Notes under the pieces: generated by a model
The model's input: the letters and a program-made list of their open reading frames with translations, nothing else
Told to the model about the DNA's origin: nothing
The model's database searches: none
Part shown: piece after piece, positions 1-13,324 of the stretch
Layout: every line of letters starts with the position of its first letter
Position numbering within the stretch: the stretch's first letter is position 1
Program-made: the position numbers and the translations under genes
Assembly (NCBI RefSeq): GCF_964355755.1
Contig: NC_092680.1
Location: 1,612,001 to 1,676,000, forward strand
Length of the DNA: 64,000 nt
Direction: 5' to 3'
Source: Antedon mediterranea
Lineage: Eukaryota > Animalia > Echinodermata

Positions 1-1038
1 ATTTTAATTAAATTGACCCTTTAGATACTTAAAAGTTTAAGTAGGGGAAAGCATTTACATGAATAATAACATAGAATACATTATTTTGACCTAGATAGAT
101 GACAGCTATTTCCACAACACGTGTCGATATAAATATACATATGAAATTATAGACAATCAACAACGCATCAAAGTTGATGTAAATATCAATTAATCAATGA
201 CAATACAATTTATAATCTTAATGAACAGAAATGTATTAATCAACGTGTCGTCATTATTATTATCATTGTTGAGTAAAGATGCATTTAGTAAACATCAATG
301 TAAATAGTTACAAAGTTAACTCAAACTCGGGCCTATATTAACTAAATAAGCATGGTCCACAATTACATAGAAAGTAAATGTAATATTTATTGGACAACAC
401 GTTGGTATCAAAACGATCACAGGTTATACAATAGAAACGGAGCGTACAAAAGACTAAGGAAAAGGTGGAAAATGGATCTATTGCACACGTTAGACAATAC
501 TTAAAAGTGCACTAAATGAAGCAAAGCTAAGATAATAATAGTTGTGGTAAATAATTTTATTATTTCAGTGTGAACACATCATGCTGTATAATGTCTATAT
601 GTTGTCCAACTTTGTTAAACTTTTTTTTTATTTTTTTCCAGGAATATATATTTTTTGTGTGAATCAGTATTTAAAAAACCCTATTTCCAATTAGAAAAAA
701 TAAATCCAATACCAATTTGCGACATTTCTTCTTCTAATTTGGAAAAGTTGGAACCACGGTCTATTAAAGCTTCCACCTTAAGCCTTTTTCTGCTTTCTAG
801 TCATGTTAGTCACATGCTCATCTTTTTGGGCGTATGTTAAAAATTGCTAAAAATAATCTTGGTTAACTTAATTATCTTAGTAGGCTTTTAAAAGCATGTT
901 CGTAATTAGATGAAACAAAATAAATGTATCGTTAAATTGAACTGACATGGTGCACGTTAAAGGAGGAAGCAACGCAATCAATTCAACTATGTTATTGAAC
1001 TACCCTGGAAAATTCACAAATCAACAGATATGTTAACA

Positions 1039-1404
1039 TTAAAGATGTATTGTCCCCTGAAAAATAATTCTTAAAACATTTTTTTAATATTCCATTTTAA
1101 CGTAACATAATAGTTATCCACCTTAACCAAAAATTGGATCGAAAAAATGTATTTACCTGAAAAATGTAATTTAAAGCAAAAAATTGTCAAATTGGCTGCC
1201 AGCCTATAGATTTTTGGTTGAATTTAACCATTTATTTTGTCATTTTACAAGTGAAAACATTGTTTTTTCGGTTTTCTTTCTATGGAAGTTATTAACTTTA
1301 TTAAATCTACAAAATAACATATTTAAAGTCTGATTTAATTAATCTTCATTTTTTTGTGGTTTTTTTTGGGAGGTGGGAGGGGGTGGGGTGCAATACATCT
1401 TTAA
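1039..1404. mobile_element. Degenerate non-autonomous DNA transposon (MITE), TTAA-flanked
   Basis: Inverted termini TTAAAGATGTATTG (1039) and CAATACATCTTTAA (~1404); no coding capacity. TTAA ends are compatible with Kolobok/piggyBac-type elements. Confidence 0.5.
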
Positions 1405-4400
1405 TGGGCGGTGTATGAGACGCTTACGTTTGAATCCCTGCTAAGAAGATTGTGTTAACCTGTTATTCCCACTTAAGCTGACGGTTATCAATTGATACAT
1501 CTGTTCTCTGTCTCATGCATGATATTTATGTTTGATAAGGAATGCCCTGATGCTGGATCTTAATGCAAATATTAGGCATTTCCGAAAACAGTTGGAAAAG
1601 TTACTTTCGATTGTTGACTGATGGAGACTGTTTTCTCTTTGTATATCATACATCTCTGCAAGTACAAATAAGTAACAACAACATAGGTTGAATTCCCGAA
1701 TATACTAAATAGTATTATGTTTAAGTAAGAGTCTTTTGTACATAGGGCCAATAGCGCAAAATAGCATAATGATAAGGTTTTTTTAGTGTTGAATAAAAAT
1801 AGATAACAAAAACATTAGACAAATTTATAAGACAAACGAACGAACATACATGGTTGAAAACCCTTTGGCCGATTTATATAATAATTAGTCATAATTGTAT
1901 TTGCTTTTTTTTTATTTGTTTATTATTGTAGCCACATAATAATTACTAAACATTGGAAAACCACCTGCAGTATTCTAATAATGATAGCTTAAATTGATGC
2001 ACAGATCTATGCGAATAATATAATCTAAATAACTCTAATCTTTGAGATATCAAATTAAAATTAACCTATTATTATTATTATTTTATTTTTGTTATTGTAG
2101 ATTTGTATCCAGGTACGCACTACGGGGTTTGTCATTGTCATTGCTTTACGTAATATAAAAAACGTTCTCATTATGACACAATTCTATGTATTTACATGAG
2201 GTATCATATGCATGAATGTTATACACAGCCCCCGCTACCCTTAATGTGTCATATACCTACTAAACCTTCCGAGCCCGCATCATCATCAATAATAATAATA
2301 ACAATAACAATAAGTATAAATTCGTCAATACTTATGTAACATGAGTCAGAATCGAAAGGAAACGGTTAGTAATAAGTTGGACAGTTTCAAGACACGGGCC
2401 ATGCTATTTAAGTAAGCATTTGTAAGCCGTGCATGGTACAGGGTTCCGCATACAAAACAAATGTATAATCGTCACAGCGATGAAGGGGCTTTTATTACGG
2501 AGAAAACTGTGCACTTTCAAAATGAGTGTTATAGTTCAAATCGAGGCCTTGTGGCTGTGTGAGGGGGTTTTATGCTGTCAGCAATATTTTCTTTGAAATT
2601 GGCATTATTTAATATTCGAAGGTTGAACTTAGTATTGAAATGTAGAATGCAAAATTGTTTTCCCTTAAACTTCTTGAAATTAGAAATTGTTAGAAAATAA
2701 TACATATAATTATAATAGTATGAAACAATCATTTTAGTATTATAATTTATTACTTTGTAATAAATTACTGTACTGACATTTTAAAATTGTCTGATATGTT
2801 TATACATCATCATTAGCTTATTTACCAAATTATTGGTAGAGTATCTATAATGTGTACAGTATCAGGCGAATTATGTAATCAATCAATCAGTCTTTTATTT
2901 CGGAATCTCTGGTCCATAGAAAGTAAAAATACATTTAATACAACTAAATAAAATAAACGAGACTAATTACTAATACTCATCTCAGGATGGCATTCCACCT
3001 GGAGAGCATCTTTAACTTAAGACGTTGCCTGTAATCGTTGAGACTAAAACATTTTCACCTTTTTTTTAGGGTTATATCGATTTTCTTAAAAATAATAATA
3101 CAGTCTCAATTACTTTTACAAGAAAAACGCCAGACACATAGTTTATATCAAAACAATTAAAGGAATTATCCGGAGCCTTCAAAAGGGCAATTTCGAGAAC
3201 CTTAATAACTTTTGCCAAATATTATTATTTTATCGCAAAAGTTGGCAAAGTACATTGATTAATGAAATTATATCGTTATCGTAAAAATTATATCGACATA
3301 AACATTAATTAATTTAACTAAACAATTTAAAGGTATAAATTTGAAAAAAAATAAGAAGGTTGAACGATGTATTCATTGTTTAAGGTAGGGTTATAAAAAG
3401 GAATTTTTAGCGGAAAATTAAAGAAGAAAAAATGTTCGGGAGAAAATGTTAAGCAAGCTTTCTTTAATACATTAAAACATCAAAGCGCACAGAATAACTC
3501 AAATCGCATTGGGAAACGTTTTAAACCATTTTGAGCATTTCCATAAAACTTTTTCACAAACGATGGCTAAGGAGTTAGGAGTTATTTTTCTTTTTTAAAA
3601 GCTGTTCCTCTTAATTTCATTCATTTCACCGGACAGGTATTTGATTAGTAGCTGTTCCCTGTTGAGACGGGATATTTTATTTTGAATGAGAAAGCATATT
3701 CAATAGTTATATAAGATTTCACTATCGACCAATTTAATTAACTTCTATTAGAAATGATATATTTATTTATATTAAAACAAAGACGACCAGATTATAATTT
3801 TTTCAAAAACAACCTCAGTTAAATTATATGTCCGATTTATAGAGTGCTTATCTAAAATTGTATATTAGTTTTCTAAGCGTCAATTTCGTATTTTATATGT
3901 TTGTGTCTGTGCTCTCAAAATATTCTATTACATGTTAAATTAACAAAAATAAATAGGATATTTTAAATAATATTATAGGCCCTAATAATATTAATAATAA
4001 AAATACTAAAAAATAAATGTATTGTTTTTATTTATACCAGAACAATAATTCTCAGCTAAAAAATCTATGATGATAACATTATAGCTAACATTTTAGAGGA
4101 AAAGATGAAGATTGTGAAATATAAAAATAAGTTTATACATAATAGATAATTGGATGTTTACATAAAAGTTGCAAGATTACAAAAACAATGATGCGTAAAA
4201 TTATGCACCGTTGATTGACGTCAAAAATTAAGTCGGCTCAGCGGGATTAGTCAGATTTCTAGGTGTAGGAGATACAACCTGTTGCAGCAAGACATGACCC
4301 AACGCTTTCCTTTGCTGCTTATGACAGACCTTGTTAATAACGATGAGAAATCATTGACGAAACATTTTCACGTTGTCGTTTGGTTCTGGCGAATATTTTG

Positions 4401-4525
4401 CTTCAAAAGCGCAAGGCTTGACCTCCAAGCACCATAACAACTCATTTTCCGACTGAGTGCAAGTAATACACGTTTTCTCTGATTTTCATTCACAAGTTTT
4501 GTTAGCAAATTATCTACTATTTAAC

Positions 4526-7500
4526 ATGAAGATCGCAATCAACTTTCTGCTTCTGGCACTATGCGGTATGTATCATTGTCAAGTTAGTTGCATGCTATGC
4601 TAGCCTGAACGAAGTACACTTGTACTTTACCATATGCAAACACATGTTTTGCAAGTGTCACGCACGTGTTTAGGCCTACTAGTGATAAATAATTAAAAAA
4701 ATATATTTAAATTGTATGGTTTTAGATTTAACTTAGGACTCGTTGAAAACGCCAACTAATAGCCATGCATCTAATTAGTCACGTGTTAACATAACACATT
4801 TTCAACAATGGCATGGTATAGACTTATTGCATATTATGAGATATGTTTGTTAAATTAATAATTTCTTTAATTTATTTTTTGATTAGTTTAAATTAATTGA
4901 TAATCATGTCTTAATTTTGACGTCTAGATTGATAGGGAGTTTGTTGTAATATTGGATTGATTTGAATTTATTTTTTTAAATGAGAGTACATGCAGTAGGC
5001 CTATGTAGGCCTATATATTATGCTGTAAAAATATCATCTGTACAATTTATTTTAAAGAATGATTTTGCAAGAATCAATTATAGTTTACAAGTCCATGACA
5101 ATGTGTCAACATTGTAGATTTTTCTATTTTTTAAATTCTGCCATTCAACCTCAATATCGTGTAGTACTATTTATGGAATGGCAAATCGCCAGCACTTGCT
5201 ACCGGTACTAACAGCTGTTTTATCCGAGTATCCTACCTACTATATATAGTACTTGTTAGCTCTAATAATTATATACCTTTATCGACATTTATAGAAACAC
5301 ATTAGCACATTTGTATTTATGTTTTAATCGTTTGCTTTAGAATTCCATTTTTATCAATATCAAGTTAACAAATTATATTAAAACAAACTTAGTTGAAATG
5401 TGAAAATGAGAACTGGTAGAAGTTATATAAATTTTTTATTTTACATTAAATAAATTGTTTCAAAAGGATTAAAGATAAACAAAAAACGAATTAAAATGTC
5501 GAATTTTGATAGTGTTGTATGAGATTTAACGTTTTGTTACATAAAATAAATCATAAGCAATACATTGATACGGTTAACACATCAAATAGAAACGAATGTT
5601 AAAATTAACTACATTCCTTTTCCAGTCATGTTATATGAAATTAATACATTATTATTTAGTAGTGAAAATTTTAATTTGGTTCACTATATTATATTTGTTA
5701 GGATTTATTCTGCTGATCCAACCATGGAGGTAATTATTTTTACTTCCATGATCTAATAAACAATATTTTAATAGTTTAAGCATGAAGGTAAAAATAATGG
5801 TTTAAGTATTTATTGACAAAAAAGAGAATCCCCACTCCTCTACCCCCTTCAGCATATTATAAAATATGAGCATGTTGTAACTGCGATAACTTTTACAGCA
5901 TACAGTACAAAATATATAACATTGGTATACTGGGCAAGCTACAACTGTAGGAGTATTAACTTAAAATTACCCGCTGTTTCAGTAATATATAAATAGCAAT
6001 CGAAAAGCAAAAATAAGTTTAAATGTAAAAGTTACTGCTTGTGTGTTTTTTCTTTCTTGTTGCTGAATCACCCTCGGATTACGAGGTATTAGACGATAGG
6101 GGTAGCCTAGTCAGTGTAGTTATCAATATCAGGTCGCATAATAACAATGAGTCATAATTAATATCTATAATTTATTATCAATTACACACTAATATTATGC
6201 CTCATGGGTGTATTTGGTCGATAATTGAATAGTAAAATTTCAATTTATAAGATATAGAGTGATTTTAGTAGCATATCCTAGAAATAAATAGCCTACAGGA
6301 CTGTGGACGATGGAATAAAAACAATAAGAAATCACAATGTATTTACACTTGTAAATACGTAAGCATTCTTGCTTTTTTGTTAAACATTTAGGAATAGTAT
6401 TGTATTTAGTTTATAGGTAAACGTACAATGTGATGGGTATACTGCTTCCCTACGCGTAAATATTAACAAAGGTTTAATATGTTTGGTGATTTTGGATTTT
6501 TACGATTTTTGTTATTGTTTTTTATTATTTTTATATCTTTAAATGTTAACTCTCTCACAAATTGTATGTAACAATAAAAGTGAGATACGCCCAAATATGG
6601 TAGTGATATGATATATATATGGGTACATCATATTTTTTTGTTACATAAAGTTTGATAGTGTAGACATAGTTTATCTTTCTTGCATTTAGCCAACAGGGTT
6701 ATTTTTATTCTGGAATGTCCTGATGTCAGTCAGTACAAGTCTATAATATATCCTCCAGTGGATTATTTATTTGTTCCATAATCTGGAATCAAGTTCCTAC
6801 AGGTCACTATGTTTTAATTTTAGCTCCTACTCCATCGAAAGTGCCTACGTCATATTCAACAACACTAATTGTCAGGGGTGTTTGGAGGTCATTCAAAAAT
6901 CATTTTTTTAAGTTTATGCCTTTTTGTTGTGTAATAAATTATATATTTGTCATGGGGAATCTCATTACTGTTTGGTGTGCGAGAGCTTATATCTCATGCA
7001 ATAGAAAAATATGCAAGATGATGAGGCTGTGTTTGCTCACTAACTTATTTTCTTTCTCGTTACTGCAATTTACACGGCAGGAAAACACCTTATTTATATC
7101 ATTAAACGACAATAAAAACACCAGATACCATACACTATAATATGGTCACTATAATTATATATTGAAAATATATCAAGTTAAATACTCACAGTATCGGCGA
7201 CAATTCACATCTTAAAAAACAAAACGATATATAAGGACTTACTAAAATTCTTCTGCCGAAACAACGCTCTTACGCAGCCTATTCAATATAAACCTTCACT
7301 TGATATGTAAATTAAATACGCGCGACCAATAGCAATGGAATGCAACATAACACGCCACCAATCATGCCTTTATAACAGAAACTTCTAAAAACTTTCCGGT
7401 CCATCACATATTGCAAAATGGTCGTCATAATCTCAATTAGAATATAATTTTCAAATTATTGGCTAATACAATATAAAAAATAATTTTGATCTAATAATAA

Positions 7501-8037
7501 ATGATGAATTAAGTTGTTATGTTTTTTCTTTCAGTATTTTCCGTACGGGTTTCAACTCAACCAACACCAACTGTTGTCCCTGATGTATCTGAATTTGAAT
7601 CTGAGAGTGAGCTTTCTGAAGCTGGCGAGAACGCCGCAGAAGCTGCAGAAGAAGGCAATTTACCAATAGGTGCAACATCCCAACCAGATCCCGATTCAGA
7701 CAGCAGCTCAAGCGAGGAAGAAGAGGTAGACGTAACAGACCCAAATGCAGTAGATGGTACAGATGCTCCTGACGCAGAGGATACCACTCCAGCACCCTTT
7801 GGAGGACTAGCTGGCGCAGGAGGAGGAGCCGCTGGAAATAACTTCAATGTCAACGGCAATGCGGTAGAGGCTGATGCAGGCGATTCTTCTGGAGCTGTTC
7901 TCGGAATGAAGGCTAGTGATCAAGCTGTAAGAGCTGGTGGATTCAGTGCCACGGCAGTTGGTGTAGCTACAACTCTTGGAATCGTCGGTGCTCTGGCGGC
8001 AGCTGCAGGAATTATTCTGTACATAAGAAAGAAGTAA
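4526..8037 (+). CDS. Two-exon acidic/Gly-rich single-pass membrane protein, P16-like (gene A, ~180 aa)
   Basis: Exon 1 4526-4565 (MKIAINFLLLALC+G, donor GTATG) and exon 2 7535-8037 (acceptor TTTTTTCTTTCAG). The phase-1 join gives signal peptide MKIAINFLLLALCVFSVRVST|Q. Glu/Asp/Ser-rich ectodomain (DSDSSSSEEEE), Gly-rich linker, hydrophobic helix AVGVATTLGIVGALAAAAGIILYI, then RKK and stop. Confidence 0.85.
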
Positions 8038-10034
8038 TTAATGTATTCACATAAAGACAATTCCCTACGTTCCATCTAAAATCTAAATATCTTTTAAACA
8101 TATTATATATAGCCTACGTTGTATATATTACTTACGTTCTATATTGATTATTTGACTTGATGTAATGATTAAAATACAGTACGTAATTACAGATAGTTGG
8201 CTGCAATATATTGTAAATATTAGCAAATCTTTATTGGTATTATTAGAGCGTATTTGTGACGTCATGATTTATAAAAATGAAGATGTCAGATTCAAGTATA
8301 TGCTGCACCTACGATACACCTAGCAATGACGACATTGAATGTATTATGTTCTCTTTCGTAAACAGAATTTATAGATATTGTATGAATGAATACTATTGTG
8401 TTAAGTACGTGTTTGTCAATAAATAATATATTTTGTGATTGTTTTGTTGGAATTACTTCAATTGTTTAAAGAAATGCATATTATGATTTATAATGATTTT
8501 AATAATAATCTGCATGGTTACCAGTCCCAGGGACCTAGGTTCAAATTATGACTCTGTCACATTACCAGGAAAAAATATAACCACCACGTGACTCGTCCAC
8601 ATTGGCACGCTGTTTGACGTATGAAAACAAAAACAATATGACCATGTCCAAACCAATCATTTAAATAACTTAAACTGACTTTTTCAATCTACTTTCTTAT
8701 ACAGTACTTTCAAAACAATTACAATTATTAGATATGTTATATATATTTAGAAACAAAAAACAAAAATGAAACAAAAATGAAACAAAAATGAAACTTAAAA
8801 ACGCAAATTATTATTTAACGTAAACGTAACAAAAATGTTTTTTAATGAGAATGGAATGTCTGCCATATGATATGTTGTGATGTGACAAGCTTTTAATATC
8901 GGAATAGGATTCCTAGTTTGTTACAATAATGGTATGCCAAGCATTGGTAGATATACTGTATGTACAGATGGTCAATTCTAGTAATTAGATTGCCCAAACG
9001 GGTTGCAATGGGAGTGGTCAATGTACCCAAGCACAGACAGGTAGGCCTATATAGTTACTGGCGCAGATAGCTACCCCAGGCTTCAATCTCACGAAATCTA
9101 ACATATTATGAATGATTTTCAGTGTACGTCAGGTTTTATATGGCAACTTAGCAGGCGGCGATGAGAGGTAATCGATTGAAAGGTATGTGAAGCTAGCGAA
9201 ACATGGCCGTTGACTCAGGACGATTCGGTATGATTAGCTGTTTACACATACTATAGGGACATATCGTTTATACATGTTTAAATGTGCCTCTGAGAGTATC
9301 TACTATAATATTTTAACGTGGATTGTTGTTAAGTTGATGTATGGAACTATGTGGACATAATGGTGTTGTAGGAACAGTATTCTTATGTCAATGTACCGAT
9401 GCTCCATGTTTGGACGCCCCTAGTTCATTTATACTACTTATTGCCAAGCTATCAAATACATAATAAAGCTAATTCAACTCACAAAATAAAAAATTTCGCT
9501 TGTTTTCTGAAGTTTCAGCAGATTAAAAATACTGATGAAAACATGTAGGTATTTAACACGAATATCAACACATTATAATGTTCACGTACGTCTCGCAGTT
9601 GTTTGTATTCATACCAAAACATTGCCAATAATATCCCAATGGCAGTTGGCCAATAAAGAAAGAATAAATATAAATAAAGAATTATCGTCAATATTTCCCG
9701 CTCCGATGCGTCATAATAGAATCTTGGCAGCCATTTGTAATTATTAGGTTTAGTCACTAACAAACTTATAACCACAAATAAGTGATAGAATTAGAAAAAG
9801 ACCGGATAACGATTTATAAAGGTGAACAGTTTACTTGATGAATAAAGTGAAGATAACGAAAAGGACGCAACACACGTACGGATAAAACAAGTAATTTAGC
9901 AATGGATCATTCGAACTTCGATCATTCGAACTTCGATCTTTCGATTGTAAAACTAATTACGCCATTGAATCAACGCAAGTGAGTTGACAAATCACAGGCC
10001 CCGTCACATTCAATTGGTTAAATTACTTTCGTAC

Positions 10035-10197
10035 AGCGTGGTTCCCACTAGCGACGCAACGCAAGGACGTAACGCAACGCAAGTGAATTGACCAATCACA
10101 AGCGATGGCTAACTGTCTATAACTTCGCTTGTCATTGGTTAAAACGCTTGCGTTGCGTTTACGTCCTTGCGTGTACGTTCTAGTGGAAACCAAGCTT
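10035..10197. mobile_element. MITE family B (GACGCAACGCAA / CCAATCACAAGCG palindromic element)
   Basis: Long imperfect inverted repeat TGGTTCCCACTAG...CTAGTGGAAACCAAGCTT. Related copies at ~15500-15595, 24744-24870, 31830-31957, 42820-43031, 46212-46342 and 53097-53222. Confidence 0.75.
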
Positions 10198-11622
10198 AAA
10201 CCCGTGCGCGTCAACCGTACGTCTTTGCGTTACGTATGGGTTTCGTTTAAGTGGGAACTAAGCTTATGCTATAATTCGCAGATTTAAAAACCATAACATA
10301 AATGTTCTTATAATTTGTTTGTGTTAATTTAACTTTATGCAATAGTTGAAAGATCGTTAAGCTACTTATACAATGAGCACGGGGTTTCTGTGTGAGCCGT
10401 GGAAATTTGGGCTACGTTTTTTTTTTTCGAACACGATCAAAAGTTAAAAATTGATGATGCGCTAAGCATTGGTCTGTCATAATAACACAGGTGAAATTAT
10501 ATATTATTATAATACCTATATCATCAACCTACACACGCAACTACGACGTCAGCTAAAAGTTTCTGCGTGTCCGAAACCTCGATTTTGTGAGTCAACCATC
10601 ATCCCACAAGTTCTTAATAAACTTAAAATGTTTACTAAAACGCCCGCTATATATACACATCGAAAATACGCTTTTGTATTTTTGTAAACTCACAATTATC
10701 CGCAAAAAAAACCACTCATTTATAATTAACCCCGGGAGGATGTTGAATAGACCTAATACTTCTTCGCGAGGTCACCGGGATGAGGCCTAATATCTCAACT
10801 TTTATTTTCAGATTAAATTTATTGTAATTATGGAATGAACTAATATCGGCTCAATATGGATAACAAACTATAGTACATTAACAAAAAATAATGTCTGGAT
10901 ACCAACCATTTATACTGTAGTCCTAATGGCGTTGATAATAATACTATTATTAATTGTTAATATATTTAGATCAGAAAGAAAATAATCCAACAATGATATA
11001 TCTGGTAATATACTGTATAAAGCTCTGTCTACATTATCAAACTAGTTTGACAACAAATAGTGTGAAGTTCTCTATGGTAGTGCTATGCCCAAATATGGTA
11101 GTAATATGACATCATCATGTCCATATATGGGCACATCACATTTGTTGTCACTTTTAATAATGTACTGTAGACAAGGATTAATAACAAATGGTAAAACTGA
11201 GAAAGTGAAAAGTACCAAGTAGTCAAGTCGTTTGCTTGCTGGTATTATGAATACATTGTTGTAATTATTATCTTCCGTTGTTGTATTAGTAATAGTATCG
11301 AGATGGGGGAGACGGGGGGGGGGGGTGTTTTTCGCTGTAAAATGTAGAAACAGTTGTAAATTACCGAAAGAGGTACCAGATGCGTAGGCATTATTAGGAT
11401 GGGATCTAGAATCAAGCAAAGATTGAAACTTGGAAAAAGAGCATGGATAACTACCCAATAAGATATAAGAACATCAGTGTATGACGCACTTACTATTTCC
11501 TCTGCGTGAAATTAAATTTACGCAGAGGTTTCAGGCTTTTTTTAGCGAGTCAGTAGACACAGTTTTGTTTTGTAAATCGGCAACAAAACCTCTCTAATAA
11601 TATTCATCAATCAATCAGTAAG

Positions 11623-13324
11623 ATGAAGTGGTTTCTGTATTTGGCGATTCTTGGACTAGTTTGTAAGTATAATAACTTGTTTTCTCATTTTATTTAAAGT
11701 GCAGTTTTGCGAAATTATCAATCAATTTGTATATTTTCTTTAAAATACGTATAGGCCTATTGGAAGAAAGTGTCATTTTTTTTAATGTACGGAAATTGAG
11801 AAAAAGTTCAATTTTGTTGACAATTTAAGTCCATTTCAGAACAATATAGATTAGTTATCAGTTATATTACAGACTCGTTTAGTGTTTGTAAATCTTACAA
11901 AATTGAAAACGTCATAAGAAATGGAAAAAGTGAATTTGAATTATAACGACTATACGGGATGCATGTTCATTAATAATATACTGTTTGTTATATTTCTTTG
12001 ATTATGTTTAAACAGTTATACAGTACCGTATGCTAATGAAACATTATTATTATAATATAGTTTGAAATGCAAATTTAGTTAAAACTTATAATTGTTACAT
12101 TGAATCAAAATGACCCAAATAATTACATGACTCAACAATACATGTAATTGTTTAATCAATAAGGTATTGAATGATTATATTAAGGATGTGTGTAAGACGC
12201 TTTAAATGTATGTGCTTATGTCAAAGGTCAAATACAAGATAACCAATAACAAACAATCTAACAAACGTGTAACAGTTAGTTATTTTATTTTTGTTTAAAA
12301 TAATATTTTGCTTATCATAATTTTTTACTAAAGATTATATTTTACCATAGTATCTATATATACTACTATATTTTTGGCCTGTGTACATTGATTTATTAAC
12401 CAGGTCTTGAGTGTAAAGTTTACTAAAGTATACTTTATTCAGGAAGATTAATGTTTACTTTGTTGATGTATTTTAATAGTTTAGAACATTAAATAAGAAT
12501 TATTTTTGTTTTCAGTAACGAGAATCGAAGGACAGTCTGAATTTGGTAATGAAGTAGATTATGAATCTGATCCTAATTCACCAGAAGAACAGGAAACACC
12601 AGAAGTAGAGTCGTCCGAACCCACCGAGCCTCCTGAGATGCAGGAGGCTGAATCTTCAGAGCCTTCAGAGCCTCCTGAGATGCAAGATGTTGAGTCTTCA
12701 GACCCCGCAGAGATAGTACCGCAAGATATACAACCATCTGAGAGTGATGGAACTTTTGAATCATCTGTGCCAGCTGGACAGGCAGTACAAAGTAGCTCAC
12801 AACTCGTCTTGGGTGGTGGTGGTGACGAAGAAAGTAATTCAGAAGAAGCGGGGGGACAAGGTGCAGCGATGAACAATGCCGAATTAGCTGGAGGTGATTC
12901 GTCACAAGAAGATGTTGGAGGAGGTGGTGTTGATGGAGGCGCCGGGCTTGGTGGCGTTCCCGTAGATTCAGAAGAAGTGACTAATGCAATAGGCAATGAA
13001 ATAGGCACCGAACCAATACCTACACAGCTCATTCAGAGTACAGTGGGATATATAGTTTCAACAGGAAGTCCTATCAGAGAGGCTACTTCAAACATAATTA
13101 ATCCTAACCGCGGAGACGCTTTCTTTGCTGATTTTGGACCACAGGAGGGTGCCAAGGACAGACAAGGAAGTGAGCCAGGAGACACTGAATCTGCAGCTTC
13201 TCCTCAAAAGATTGGACTGATTGTCGGAGCTACCACTGCTGGTACAGTAGCAGTTGCCGCAGGGTTAGCAATTGCTTATGTGAAATTGAAGGGAGCGGGT
13301 TCAGCTGCTGCCGGAGGCGTCTAA
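11623..13324 (+). CDS. Two-exon acidic single-pass membrane protein, P16-like (gene B, ~282 aa)
   Basis: Exon 1 11623-11662 (MKWFLYLAILGLV+T, donor GTAAGT) and exon 2 12516-13324 (acceptor TTTTGTTTTCAG). The join gives MKWFLYLAILGLVLTRIEG|QSEF. Glu/Ser/Pro repeats (ESSEPTEPPEMQ), Gly-rich segment, RGD, TM helix IGLIVGATTAGTVAVAAGLAIAYV, then KLK. Confidence 0.85.

Noticed and set aside
1428-1655. Minus-strand segment bounded by good acceptor (TACTTGCAG) and donor (GTAAG) sites
   Set aside because: Stops in all three frames; could be a non-coding exon but there is no supporting evidence.
7517-7859. Minus-strand ORFs of 92 and 100 aa
   Set aside because: Antisense shadows of gene A exon 2.
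12559-13032. Minus-strand ORFs of 157 and 110 aa
   Set aside because: Antisense shadows of gene B exon 2.
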